Assembly: GCA_036021505.1 (NCBI GenBank) | Contig: JAYXVV010000150.1 | Span: forward strand, 26,356-90,355 | Direction of reading: 5' to 3' | From: Myxococcota bacterium | Lineage (GTDB): Bacteria; Myxococcota_A; UBA796; CAJQPC01 | DNA length: 64,000 nt | Part shown: positions 17,693 to 27,051 of the stretch, piece by piece | How positions within the stretch are numbered: position 1 is the stretch's first letter | How the letters are laid out: each line of letters starts with the position of its first letter | The notes under the pieces: model-generated | The model's input: only the letters and a program-made list of their open reading frames with translations | The model's database searches: none | What the model was told of the DNA's origin: nothing | Made by a program: the position numbers and the translations under genes

Positions 17693-19920
17693 GTGCTCCA
17701 CATCTGGAAGGCCTCAATGAGAAGCAGAGAGAGGCAGTGGAAACCTTGAATGGACCGCTGCTCATTCTTGCGGGTGCGGGCTCCGGAAAGACACGGGTGC
17801 TCACGAGAAGAATCGCACACCTGCTGCACAGCGGCATTCGTCCGCAGAATATCTTTGCCGTGACGTTCACCAACAAAGCTGCCGAGGAAATGAAGCATCG
17901 CGTAGCCACCTTGGTTGGCGAAAACGCGAAACACCTCTGGGTTTCTACCTTTCATTCAAGCTGCGCTCGAATCCTGAGGATGGAAGCGGAGCTGCTGGGC
18001 TACCAGCGAAACTACGTCATCTACGACGATGACGACCAGAATCGGCTCCTCAAGAACATTCTCGACGACCTGCGAATCGACAAGAAGCTTCATCCTCCCC
18101 GGAAGTTTCGGGGCCAGATTGACCGTGCCAAAAACAAGCTCAAAGGCCCCGAGGATCTGTTGGACGAACACCCTGCTGGAGCCAATGTTCTTCGGGTGTA
18201 CCGAGAATACCAAGAACGCCTCATGGCCTCCAACGCCATGGACTTCAATGATCTTGTCAACAACGTGGTTTACCTCTTCCAGCGGCATCCTGACGCCCTG
18301 CAGCGGTGGCAAGAGAGGTTTCACTACATCCTCGTGGACGAGTACCAAGACACCAACAAGGCTCAATTCGAGTTGATTCGCGCCCTGGCCTCCGAGCGAA
18401 ACAATGTGGCGGTTGTCGGCGATGACGATCAGTCGATTTACTCCTTTCGAGGCGCGGACATCAGCAACATCCTCAGCTTTGAAGAACACTATCCCTCGGC
18501 AAAGGTTGTGCTCCTGGAGCAAAACTACCGCTCCTCGAGTCGGATTTTGAAGGCCGCCATGGCGGTGGTGAAAAACAACCGCGGACGGAAAGACAAAGAG
18601 CTGTGGACAGAGGCTGCTGACGGTGAGGCCATTCGGCTGATTGTGGGAGCCGACGAGGAGCATGAATCCCGCCAGATTGTAGAGGAAGTTCAGCGCCTCA
18701 TCGGCAGCGGTGTTCCCCCTTCTGAGATCGCGATGATCTACAGAACCAATGCTCACTCTCGCCCCTTAGAGCAAGCCTTGAGCCGACATCGCCTCCCGTT
18801 CGTGCTCGTGGGCGCTCGACGCTTCTATGAACGTCGAGAAGTCAAAGACATCATGGCCTACCTCAAGCTTGTGGTGAATCCCGTCGACAACATGAGCCTG
18901 CTGAGAATCATCAATGTGCCTCGAAGAGGAGTCGGACCCAAAGCCTTGGACTCCATCCGTTCTCAGGCCTCAGAGGATGGCACCAGCTACTTGGAGGCTG
19001 TCCGACGACTCGGGGGAAAGCGAACCAAACTCGAACGCTCCCTGAAGGAGTTTGCTGACAGTGTGGAACGCTGGCAGGAAGCGGCGCTCCATCTGCAGCC
19101 TGGCGCATTGATCAATCGGATTGCTGAGGAGTCCGGCTACGCCGCTGCCTTGCGCGCGGATGAGAGCGAGGAATCCTTGGGAAGACTCCAGAACATCGAG
19201 GAACTCTCCCGAGACGTGGCAGACAATGCTCTGGAAGACTTGCATCCACTCGAGCGACTGCAAGCCTACCTCGATCGTGTCAGCCTCTCCGCGCAGGCCG
19301 ATGATCTTCCCTCAGAGGGAGGAAGAATCACCCTGATGACGACCCACCTTGCCAAAGGGCTCGAGTACCGTGCTGTCTTCGTGGTGGGTATGGTGGAAGG
19401 CGTCTTTCCTCATTCGCGCTCCGCTACCTTGGAACGCGAGCTCGAGGAAGAACGACGTCTGGCCTACGTGGCCTTCACTCGGGCCATGGAGCGCCTCTAC
19501 CTCACCCGCCCTCGACGGCGCCGTTCCTTTGGCGGCGCCTATGAGCCAACCGTGGTCTCTCGATTCCTCCAAGAGATTCCCTCTGACCTTATCCACGGCG
19601 CCAGTGGAATCCGACGCCCAGCGCATCGTCAGTCCCCGCCGCCAATTCCGAGCAAGCTCAATGACCGAATGGCTGACTTTTTGGCGAAGCAGCGAAGCCC
19701 ATCGGCTCCTGAGGCTTCGGCCGAGTCGCGAACGGTCATCGAACCGGAGTCCCCAAGAGACTTTCAGCCCGGTACTCGAGTCCTTCACCCCCTCTTCGGC
19801 GAAGGCAAAATCGCCCAAGTTTCAGGGAACCCCAGCAACCCGCGCCTTGTCGTTCAATTCGAACGTGCAGGTCGTAAGTCTCTTTTAGCTCGTTACGCCA
19901 AGCTTGAAATTCTGATCTGA
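17689..19920 (+). CDS. pcrA: ATP-dependent DNA helicase PcrA/UvrD
   Basis: AGAGSGKT, TFTNKAA, VDEYQDTN, VGDDDQSIYSFRGA, LEQNYRS, YRTNA, AKGLEY, EERRLAYVAFTRA, C-terminal Tudor-like RVLHPLFGEG. Confidence 0.95.
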   Translation: MSAPHLEGLNEKQREAVETLNGPLLILAGAGSGKTRVLTRRIAHLLHSGIRPQNIFAVTFTNKAAEEMKHRVATLVGENAKHLWVSTFHSSCARILRMEAELLGYQRNYVIYDDDDQNRLLKNILDDLRIDKKLHPPRKFRGQIDRAKNKLKGPEDLLDEHPAGANVLRVYREYQERLMASNAMDFNDLVNNVVYLFQRHPDALQRWQERFHYILVDEYQDTNKAQFELIRALASERNNVAVVGDDDQSIYSFRGADISNILSFEEHYPSAKVVLLEQNYRSSSRILKAAMAVVKNNRGRKDKELWTEAADGEAIRLIVGADEEHESRQIVEEVQRLIGSGVPPSEIAMIYRTNAHSRPLEQALSRHRLPFVLVGARRFYERREVKDIMAYLKLVVNPVDNMSLLRIINVPRRGVGPKALDSIRSQASEDGTSYLEAVRRLGGKRTKLERSLKEFADSVERWQEAALHLQPGALINRIAEESGYAAALRADESEESLGRLQNIEELSRDVADNALEDLHPLERLQAYLDRVSLSAQADDLPSEGGRITLMTTHLAKGLEYRAVFVVGMVEGVFPHSRSATLERELEEERRLAYVAFTRAMERLYLTRPRRRRSFGGAYEPTVVSRFLQEIPSDLIHGASGIRRPAHRQSPPPIPSKLNDRMADFLAKQRSPSAPEASAESRTVIEPESPRDFQPGTRVLHPLFGEGKIAQVSGNPSNPRLVVQFERAGRKSLLARYAKLEILI

Positions 19921-19990
19921 ACTCGCAGAGATTGTCATCCCTGCCTCTGATCTGGTAGCGTTCGTTTTCCCCTCAACCGGTTCCATCGCG

Positions 19991-21529
19991 ATGTCTGACA
20001 ACGACCCCCTCGACGTAGAAATCGAGATCGATCTTGGCTTGGAGGAGCCCGAGGAGAAAACCTCCTCCGAAGAACGTCCTGAGGCACCCATTGCCTCTAC
20101 CGATTCGGAGCCCAAAGACACAGAAGCCGGGGCTCCCGAACCCGAGCCATCCATCGATGAAATCGCTGCTTCTCTCGCAAGTGCCATCGAAGAGGCAGAT
20201 TCAGAAGCCGACGATGGTCCGGGGGAAGAGCCGGATGTCGATGAAATTGCGGCCTCGCTTGCAGATGCGATCGAGCAGGCGGATTCCGAAAACGCCGAGG
20301 GCGAAGGGAGTGCGCCCGAGGTGGTGGCGGAGCCGGAGCCGGAGCCGGAGCCGGAAGCTCCCTTGGAACTTCCCGAAATTGATGTAAAAAGCGCCTCAGA
20401 ACTCGATTTCCGGAGAGTCGGGATCAGTGCCTGGAAGGTGAAAGTCAAGATCGGTCTGGTCTACGACTTCAGCGACATCAAAACCCTCCGCAAGTACATC
20501 AGTGATGGACGCGTCACCAACGAGGACGTGATTTCACACAACGGCGAGGATTGGACCACACTGGGTGACATTCCTGACCTTGATGCCCACTTTATCGACG
20601 TCTACCGACACGCCCTCGCTCGGAACCCAGAAGTGCTCCGCGCGACGGTGGCGTCCACCGAGACGTCGGAAGAACTCTCTGAAGAGGCCCAAGAGCTCAC
20701 CAACAGCATCCTCCAGCAAATCAACCAAGAGGTGGATTCCTCTCCACCTCCACCCTCGTCGGTAGGTCCCGAATTTTCCGATCCCTTCCAAGAGCTGAAA
20801 AAAGCCCAGCGCTCCCGAGGGGCTCAGCGCAAAACGCTTTCGACGGCACGGGAACGCCACAAGGCGGAACTGGGTCGACAAAACCGACTCGGTGTGCTTT
20901 TGCTTGGCATTCTTCTGGCTGTTTTGTTTGTGATCAACCCCTTCTCCAGCGAAGAAACAGTCTCCTCAGTGGACGGGGTTGAAGACGATCCCAGCCTCAA
21001 TGCGATGGCGGACCTTGAGGTCGATGACGGTCCCTCCGAAGTGGAACGAGAAGCCCAGGCGGCCCTCGCTCGAAAACTCAGAATTGCCCAAGCGGAGAAG
21101 CGGGAACAGGAAGCCTCAGAAATGGAGGAGCCCCAGCGACGCGTGGTGCGACCACCCGAAGCCCTGGTGACGAACAACGAGGCCAATGCCTCTGCTTCCA
21201 CGGCTCAGTCCTCAACGACTCCCGCAATGTCTCCAGCGAGGCGTGCCAAGAGAGCCTACCGACAAGGCAACTACAGTGCGGCTGTAGAGGCCTTCAAGGA
21301 GGTCATGGACAACTCAGGCGGCAATCCCGGCCCCGACATTCACCTCGGCTACGGAAAGGCGCTCTACCACACCGGAAAGTTTGACCGTTCCATGCGGCAC
21401 CTCATCCGAGCAGAAAAAGCTGGCGTGGCCGATCGCGAAGCTTACCGTTTCTTGATCGAATTGCACCGTCAGAGAGGTGATGATGCTGGTGTCAACACTT
21501 ACACCCAAAAGCTCAGCCAACTCCGCTGA
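19991..21529 (+). CDS. Acidic single-pass membrane protein with GYF_2-like domain and C-terminal TPR
   Basis: Very acidic N-terminus, folded segment KVKIGLVYDFSDIKTLRKYISDGRV...DWTTLGDIPDL, TM LGVLLLGILLAVLFVINPF, TPR-like helices at the C-terminus. Confidence 0.55.
   Translation: MSDNDPLDVEIEIDLGLEEPEEKTSSEERPEAPIASTDSEPKDTEAGAPEPEPSIDEIAASLASAIEEADSEADDGPGEEPDVDEIAASLADAIEQADSENAEGEGSAPEVVAEPEPEPEPEAPLELPEIDVKSASELDFRRVGISAWKVKVKIGLVYDFSDIKTLRKYISDGRVTNEDVISHNGEDWTTLGDIPDLDAHFIDVYRHALARNPEVLRATVASTETSEELSEEAQELTNSILQQINQEVDSSPPPPSSVGPEFSDPFQELKKAQRSRGAQRKTLSTARERHKAELGRQNRLGVLLLGILLAVLFVINPFSSEETVSSVDGVEDDPSLNAMADLEVDDGPSEVEREAQAALARKLRIAQAEKREQEASEMEEPQRRVVRPPEALVTNNEANASASTAQSSTTPAMSPARRAKRAYRQGNYSAAVEAFKEVMDNSGGNPGPDIHLGYGKALYHTGKFDRSMRHLIRAEKAGVADREAYRFLIELHRQRGDDAGVNTYTQKLSQLR
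20330..20353 (+). repeat. Hexanucleotide tandem repeat (GAGCCG)x4 encoding EPEPEPEP
   Basis: Read directly; in frame within the 19991 CDS. Confidence 0.9.
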
Positions 21530-21562
21530 ACTCTTTCGCCCTGATCAACTGCCGAGACACCC

Positions 21563-23245
21563 TTGCGTATTATCTGCGATTACTGCCTGACAGAGTACGA
21601 GGTCACACCTCCTCCCACTTCAAGCGGTGAGTCTCGCTTCAGCTTTCGATGCTCCAACTGCGGTCGCGTCTTTTCCGCAGAGCGAAGCAGTGAGCCAGAG
21701 GCTGCGGACTCAGAAGCCCAGGAAGCCCCTTCTGTCCTCGACTCAAAACCCTCCGAGCCGAGTTCTGAGTCTCTCGGACAAGACATCCTCATTCGTCAGG
21801 GCGATCAAACCTACAGTGCAGGTGACCAAGCCACGGTTCAAAAATGGATTGTGGAGCGCCGAATCAGTCGAGAGGGCTTCATCTGCCTTGATGGAAACAC
21901 GTGGACACCTCTGCATGAGGTCGAGTCCCTTCAGCCCTTCCTGCAGTTGGTCGAGCAAGTTCAAGCCCTTGCCACTGCAACCGACCCGGCCAAATCTGAG
22001 CAGACAGCTGTCGTGGAACCAACCCCTCAACGCTCCAGTTTCGCTGAGGTCGCTGAACTCGAATCTTTGGTCGACGTTGATCCACCGGACACCCAAGATG
22101 AACTGGATATCGACCCTTTCCCTACCGAAGAGGTACCCCTCCCAGAGGCTCCGATTTCGGCCAATCTTCGGGCCATGGCCTCGGTGGAGGAGGAGGTCGA
22201 GCCCGCACCAGCATTCGAGGCACCCCGCACTGAGGAAGTCAACTTCGATTACCCCATCCACGATGACTCCACCTTAGACAGCGAGCTGATTGAGCTCCCC
22301 AACGAGCCTGAGCTCCCCAAACTTGAACATGCCCACCCCATGATCGAGGTCGAGGCACCCGGCTTTGCACCACACATCGATCCCACAGAGGCTCCTGAGC
22401 TTGCCGCTTCTGCTCCCGCTGCCACCGAAGAGCACGCTTTGATGGACTTTCCCACCGAGGAAGAGCTCACCCTGCCCGAGGAGGACAACGACCCCCTTGG
22501 CAATGAGGCCTTCGCATCGCTCGATGCCTGGGACGATGAGGACGACGATCTCGCCTGGGTCAATGACAGAAAGCGAGGTCGGAGAATCGCCGCTGCGCTG
22601 CTGCTCACGGTCTTGCTGCTGCTGACCACCAAGCTGTTTCTCGATCGTCGAGCTGATGAGCCTCCCGTCGAAGGGGAGTTGGAGACCCTCGCTTTGGGCG
22701 CCCTGCCCGAGGAGGCCATCGAAGTCATCGAGGTGGAAGAGGAGGCCATCGAGGTGGAAGAGGAGGCCATCGAGGCCCTGCCCGAGGACACCTCCAAAGC
22801 CGAACGCCACGCCAAGGACGAGTCTTCGGCTTCCAGACCGCCTGCAGCGACTCCGGCCCCCCCGTCAACCCCCCGTCGCAGCCGGTCTGCTTCCCCAGAC
22901 CCCGAGCCTACTCCCAATCAGAGCCAGCTCACGCAGAAGGCTCGAGAGGCCCAGACTCGCCGAGGTCCACAGCCCACTACTGCAGCGGATTTCGTGGATC
23001 GCGGGCGACAAGCCATCTCGGAGGGCAACTACAACGCCGCTCGGCTCTACTACCTCGACGCTGTCGACATGGAGCCCCAAAATGCTGCCGCCAACCAAGG
23101 CTTGGCCTTTGCGGCGCTCCAGCAGGGCGATACACCCTTCGCTATTCGCCACTTTTGCACCACTTTGTCCCTGACTTCTCCAACCTCCTCAATGGCTCAG
23201 GAAACCCGCCGAGCCCTCGAGGATCTCAACGCGGAATGCCCCTGA
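21563..23245 (+). CDS. Zinc-ribbon (MJ0042-like) + GYF_2-like + TM + TPR protein
   Basis: MRIICDYCLTEY...FRCSNCGRVF zinc ribbon; VQKWIVERRIS...DGNTWTPL; TM IAAALLLTVLLLLTT; C-terminal TPR. TTG start. Confidence 0.65.
   Translation: MRIICDYCLTEYEVTPPPTSSGESRFSFRCSNCGRVFSAERSSEPEAADSEAQEAPSVLDSKPSEPSSESLGQDILIRQGDQTYSAGDQATVQKWIVERRISREGFICLDGNTWTPLHEVESLQPFLQLVEQVQALATATDPAKSEQTAVVEPTPQRSSFAEVAELESLVDVDPPDTQDELDIDPFPTEEVPLPEAPISANLRAMASVEEEVEPAPAFEAPRTEEVNFDYPIHDDSTLDSELIELPNEPELPKLEHAHPMIEVEAPGFAPHIDPTEAPELAASAPAATEEHALMDFPTEEELTLPEEDNDPLGNEAFASLDAWDDEDDDLAWVNDRKRGRRIAAALLLTVLLLLTTKLFLDRRADEPPVEGELETLALGALPEEAIEVIEVEEEAIEVEEEAIEALPEDTSKAERHAKDESSASRPPAATPAPPSTPRRSRSASPDPEPTPNQSQLTQKAREAQTRRGPQPTTAADFVDRGRQAISEGNYNAARLYYLDAVDMEPQNAAANQGLAFAALQQGDTPFAIRHFCTTLSLTSPTSSMAQETRRALEDLNAECP
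22700..22788 (+). repeat. In-frame 21-bp tandem repeat (ATCGAGGTGGAAGAGGAGGCC x2 plus partial) flanked by a 14-bp direct repeat GCCCTGCCCGAGGA
   Basis: Units at 22727-22747 and 22748-22768; flanking copies at 22700-22713 and 22775-22788; encodes ALPEEAIEVIEVEEEAIEVEEEAIEALPED. Confidence 0.85.
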
Positions 23246-23251
23246 GGTCTT

Positions 23252-23563
23252 ATGTCCAAGTCCAATCCTGAAGAAGAGTATTTCAAACGCCAAGAGCTCC
23301 AGAAGCTTGCTGCACTTCGTGCGAAGCAGGAGGAGCAGAATATCGAGGAAGCCCTCCAAGAACGTCGAGAGCTTCACTACAACCGATGCGGACGATGCGG
23401 GGATGAAATGGAGCCCAAGATCTTTCAAGGCGTGGAGATCGACATCTGTCCCTCATGCGGCGCCGTCCTGTTGGACCCCGGTGAACTCGAAGAGCTTGCA
23501 GGCGAGGACAACTCAGGGGTGATCGGCGGCATCGCCAGCTTTTTCAGCTTCTCTAAATCCTAG
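23252..23563 (+). CDS. Small zinc-ribbon (zf-TFIIB-like) protein
   Basis: EEEYF N-terminus, CGRCGDEM...EIDICPSCGAVLLDPGELE. Confidence 0.8.
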   Translation: MSKSNPEEEYFKRQELQKLAALRAKQEEQNIEEALQERRELHYNRCGRCGDEMEPKIFQGVEIDICPSCGAVLLDPGELEELAGEDNSGVIGGIASFFSFSKS

Positions 23564-23565
23564 AG

Positions 23566-23853
23566 TTGAAACCCCGAATCGATGAGGAACTCATCGGGCA
23601 GCTCTGTGACCTGGCCCGAATCCGGATCAATGCCGAGGAAGCCGAGGTCCTGCAACGTGACCTGGCCCGCTTGGTGGAGTTCGTCGGCCGGCTCGAGGAA
23701 CTCCCCCCAGACGGGATTGTCCTGACCGAGGGCTCCGCGGCACGTCGCGTGGATCAACCCGGTGACTCTTCCTCCGAAACCCTCCTGGACCTGTCTTCCC
23801 ACACCGATGGACACTTCGTTCGAATCCCTCCAGTGATCGACTCCGATGACTGA
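23566..23853 (+). CDS. gatC: Asp/Glu-tRNA amidotransferase subunit C
   Basis: LARIRI...LVEFVGRLEEL...RRVD...GHFVRIPPVI; 95 aa, directly upstream of and overlapping gatA. Confidence 0.85.
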   Translation: MKPRIDEELIGQLCDLARIRINAEEAEVLQRDLARLVEFVGRLEELPPDGIVLTEGSAARRVDQPGDSSSETLLDLSSHTDGHFVRIPPVIDSDD

Positions 23854-25243
23854 TGCCGCTGTCACAGCGAGGCAGATCCGCCAAGGACTGCTCACCCCCG
23901 AGGAAGTGCTCGATGAGGCATTGCAGCGAATCCATGCCCGCAATGACCTCAACGCCTTTGTCTCCGGAGAGGGATTGACCGCGATCGGTAAGAACCAAGG
24001 GCTGTTGGCAGGAGTACCGGTCTCCATCAAAGACAACCTGTTGATGAAGGGGGCCCTGTGCCGATGTGGGAGTCGAGCTCTCGAGGGCTACCGGGCGCCT
24101 TACACCGCCACAGTCGTGAGCAACATCCTCGCAGCCGGCGTGAGCCTCGTCGGACGCAGCAACATGGATGAATTCGGGATGGGCTCTACCACCGAAAGTT
24201 CCTGCTTCGGCCCCACGCTCAATCCCTGGCGTCTTGGCCATGTCCCGGGTGGAAGCTCCGGCGGAGCCGCTGCTTCTGTGGCTGCAGGACTGACTCCCAT
24301 CGCAATCGGCAGTTCCACAGGAGGCTCTTTGAGACAGCCTGCGTCGTATTGCGGGGTGGTGGGTCTCAAGCCCACCTACGGACGTTTGAGCCGCAGAGGT
24401 CTCGTCGCCTACGCTTCCTCCTTGGACGTCGTTGGTCCCATCGCCGCAACTGTCGAGGACTGTTCCCTGGCTCTCCGAGCCATGATGGGGGAGGACCCCC
24501 TCGACTCCAGTCAGAAACCCGAGACCGACCTGATTCCCCTCTCTGGACCGGTCGAGGAGGGCGCTAAAGATCTTCGAATTGGGCTGATTAGCGATGCCCT
24601 CTCCGAGGGCAACCACCCGGATATCAACGCTCTTGTGAACCACTCCGCTGCACTCCTCGAGTCTGCAGGAGCGTTTGTAGAGCCCTGCTCTCTGCCTGAT
24701 TTGGATCGCTCACTTGCTGCGTACTACGTGATCGCAACGGCAGAGGCTTCCTCCAATCTTGCTCGCATCGATGGCCTCCGATTCGGACCGTCAACTTCGG
24801 CGGACACCCTCGATGAGCTGTACCGCCGAAACCGCAGCCAAGGCTTTGGAAGAGAAGTGAAAAGACGCATCCTCATGGGAACCTTTTGCCTCTCCGCTGG
24901 CTATGCCCATGCCATCTATCAGAGGGCACTGGCCCAGCAGGCTCGCTTGCAGCAGGAGTTGGGTCAGCTCTTTGAGCGCTACGATGCCCTGGTGCTTCCC
25001 ACCACACCGGATGTGGCCCCCCCGTTGGGTGCCCATACGGACCCCCACCAGATGATGCTCAGTGACATCTACACAGTGCTTGCCAATCTGGCGGGTGTTC
25101 CCGCGATTTCAATTCCTTGCGGTCTCTCAAGGGGCCTTCCGGTAGGCGTGCAACTCATGGCCTCCCAAGGTCAGGAGTCCCTGTTGCTTCGGTTGGCGAA
25201 AACTCTAGAAAACCGTCTCGAGTTTCCGCGCTGTCCGAACTAA
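23846..25243 (+). CDS. gatA: Asp/Glu-tRNA amidotransferase subunit A
   Basis: GVPVSIKDN, NMDEFGMGS, PGGSSGG, GGSLRQPAS, GLKPTYG, EASSNLARIDG, FGREVKRRILMGT. Confidence 0.93.
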   Translation: MTDAAVTARQIRQGLLTPEEVLDEALQRIHARNDLNAFVSGEGLTAIGKNQGLLAGVPVSIKDNLLMKGALCRCGSRALEGYRAPYTATVVSNILAAGVSLVGRSNMDEFGMGSTTESSCFGPTLNPWRLGHVPGGSSGGAAASVAAGLTPIAIGSSTGGSLRQPASYCGVVGLKPTYGRLSRRGLVAYASSLDVVGPIAATVEDCSLALRAMMGEDPLDSSQKPETDLIPLSGPVEEGAKDLRIGLISDALSEGNHPDINALVNHSAALLESAGAFVEPCSLPDLDRSLAAYYVIATAEASSNLARIDGLRFGPSTSADTLDELYRRNRSQGFGREVKRRILMGTFCLSAGYAHAIYQRALAQQARLQQELGQLFERYDALVLPTTPDVAPPLGAHTDPHQMMLSDIYTVLANLAGVPAISIPCGLSRGLPVGVQLMASQGQESLLLRLAKTLENRLEFPRCPN

Positions 25244-27051
25244 ATCAGCCGATGGTCATCGGTGGCAGCGATCACTTCCTCGTAGGTGGTCTCGCCTCGC
25301 CCCAGCTTCTTGATTCCGTATTCACGAAGAGAGAGCATTCCATCATTGAGGGCCTCCCTCTTAATTTTTTGGGAGTCGCTTTTCTCGGAGATGAGTCGAC
25401 CAATTCGAGGCGTAACCGGCATGAGCTCGAAGAGACCGGTCCGTCCCTTGTAGCCCGTCCCTCGACACCGGACGCATCCCTCTCCATGCTTGACCTTGAG
25501 CTTTCGCCCATCAAGATTGGGGATGCGCAAAGCAAGAGCCTGCTCTTCGGAGAGCCAGTCGTCCGTGGAGCAATGAGGGCACACTCTCCGAACGAGTCGC
25601 TGAGCCACAACGCCAAGCAGTACGGAGGACAGCAGAAACGGGTAGACCTCGAGGTCGAGGAGGCGTGTAATGGCACTCGCAGCGTCGTTGGTGTGGAGTG
25701 TCGAGATCACCAAATGGCCCGTCAGCGCGGCCTGAACGGCATGGTGTGCCGTGTCCGGGTCGCGTATCTCTCCAACCATCACCACATCCGGATCCTGCCT
25801 CAAGACCGTTCGAAGAGCCTGGGCATAGTCAAAGCCGATACGGGGCTGGATCGCCATCTGGTTGAAGCTCTCATGCACCATCTCAATGGGATCCTCAATG
25901 GTGCAGATGTTCTGACGAGGAGAAGAGAGATGGTGGAGGGTGGAGTACAGCGTTGTCGTCTTTCCCGAGCCCGTGGGTCCGGTCACCAGAATCAGCCCTG
26001 AGTGAGAGCGAACAAAACGCTCATAGATCAGCCGCTCCCTGGGAAAGAACCCCAGTTGTTCGACATTTTGGAGGAGAACTCCAGGATCAAAAATCCGAAG
26101 AACCAGTTTTTCTCCGAAGGCCGTCGGTACAGTGGACAGGCGAAGTTCCACCTCCTGATCCTTGAAGGTGGTCTTGAAGCGTCCATCCTGAGGCCGACGC
26201 TTCTCAGCAATGTCCATTCGGCCCAGGGTCTTGATTCGAGACACAATCGCAGGATGAACCACCTTCGGCAGTCGGTGCACGGTGTGCAGGATTCCATCAA
26301 TGCGCAGGCGCACCAAGGAATCATTTCGCTTGGGTTCAATATGGATGTCACTTGCGCGCTGCTCGAATGCGTAGTTGAGCACGTACCAGACGGCCTGAAC
26401 CACCGGCTGATCCGTGGCATCGAGCTCGTTGACGCCCTTGACCGCATAGAGCTGCTCTAGATTGCCGAGATCGGGAAGATCCGTCTGATGCTCAGCCTCT
26501 GCGGCCTGCATCGACCGCCGAAATCCATGGAATTCAGCAATGACCTGCATGATCGATGACTTCATCGCCATGACAGGCTCGACCCCACGGTTACGGTACT
26601 GAGCAATCTGCTCCAGAACGCCACGGTCCCAGGGTGCAGCCATAGCCACAGTCAGCTTCTTCGGGGTCTCCTCAAGCGGAACCACCATGTGGCGTTCAGC
26701 AAAGGGACCCCCGAAGGTCTCGGTGACGACTTTGAAGTCCAGCTGAAGCGGATCCAACTCGCGGTATCCGATGCCCAAGTCCTTTGCGACCGCTTGGCTG
26801 ATGAAGCGCTCGTCGACCAGCTCTTCCGATTCCGGGTGCCGAAACCGAAACGAGGCCACCAGCTCAATCTCGCTGACGGTGTAGGCGATCCTCTGTTTGC
26901 CCAGCAGCTTCCTCAGCTCGGCACGTTTGTCGAGAAGAATGTGGCGGGCCTGCTCCCGACCGCGGTTGAGAACGTCCTGTTTCTGACCTGCGTGCAGAGC
27001 CTTGGCTTCCACCAAAAGATCCAAGACCCACTCCAGCCTCTCCTGCTCCAT
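25240..27051 (-). CDS. GspE/PilB family secretion/pilus assembly ATPase
   Basis: ASDIHIEP, DIAEKRRPQDG, GPTGSGKTTT, TIEDPIE, LRQDPDVVMVGEIRD, TGHLVISTLH, CPHC...CVRC zinc site. ATG at 27051 overlaps the upstream stop (TGATG). Confidence 0.92.
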   Translation of the reverse strand: MEQERLEWVLDLLVEAKALHAGQKQDVLNRGREQARHILLDKRAELRKLLGKQRIAYTVSEIELVASFRFRHPESEELVDERFISQAVAKDLGIGYRELDPLQLDFKVVTETFGGPFAERHMVVPLEETPKKLTVAMAAPWDRGVLEQIAQYRNRGVEPVMAMKSSIMQVIAEFHGFRRSMQAAEAEHQTDLPDLGNLEQLYAVKGVNELDATDQPVVQAVWYVLNYAFEQRASDIHIEPKRNDSLVRLRIDGILHTVHRLPKVVHPAIVSRIKTLGRMDIAEKRRPQDGRFKTTFKDQEVELRLSTVPTAFGEKLVLRIFDPGVLLQNVEQLGFFPRERLIYERFVRSHSGLILVTGPTGSGKTTTLYSTLHHLSSPRQNICTIEDPIEMVHESFNQMAIQPRIGFDYAQALRTVLRQDPDVVMVGEIRDPDTAHHAVQAALTGHLVISTLHTNDAASAITRLLDLEVYPFLLSSVLLGVVAQRLVRRVCPHCSTDDWLSEEQALALRIPNLDGRKLKVKHGEGCVRCRGTGYKGRTGLFELMPVTPRIGRLISEKSDSQKIKREALNDGMLSLREYGIKKLGRGETTYEEVIAATDDHRLI

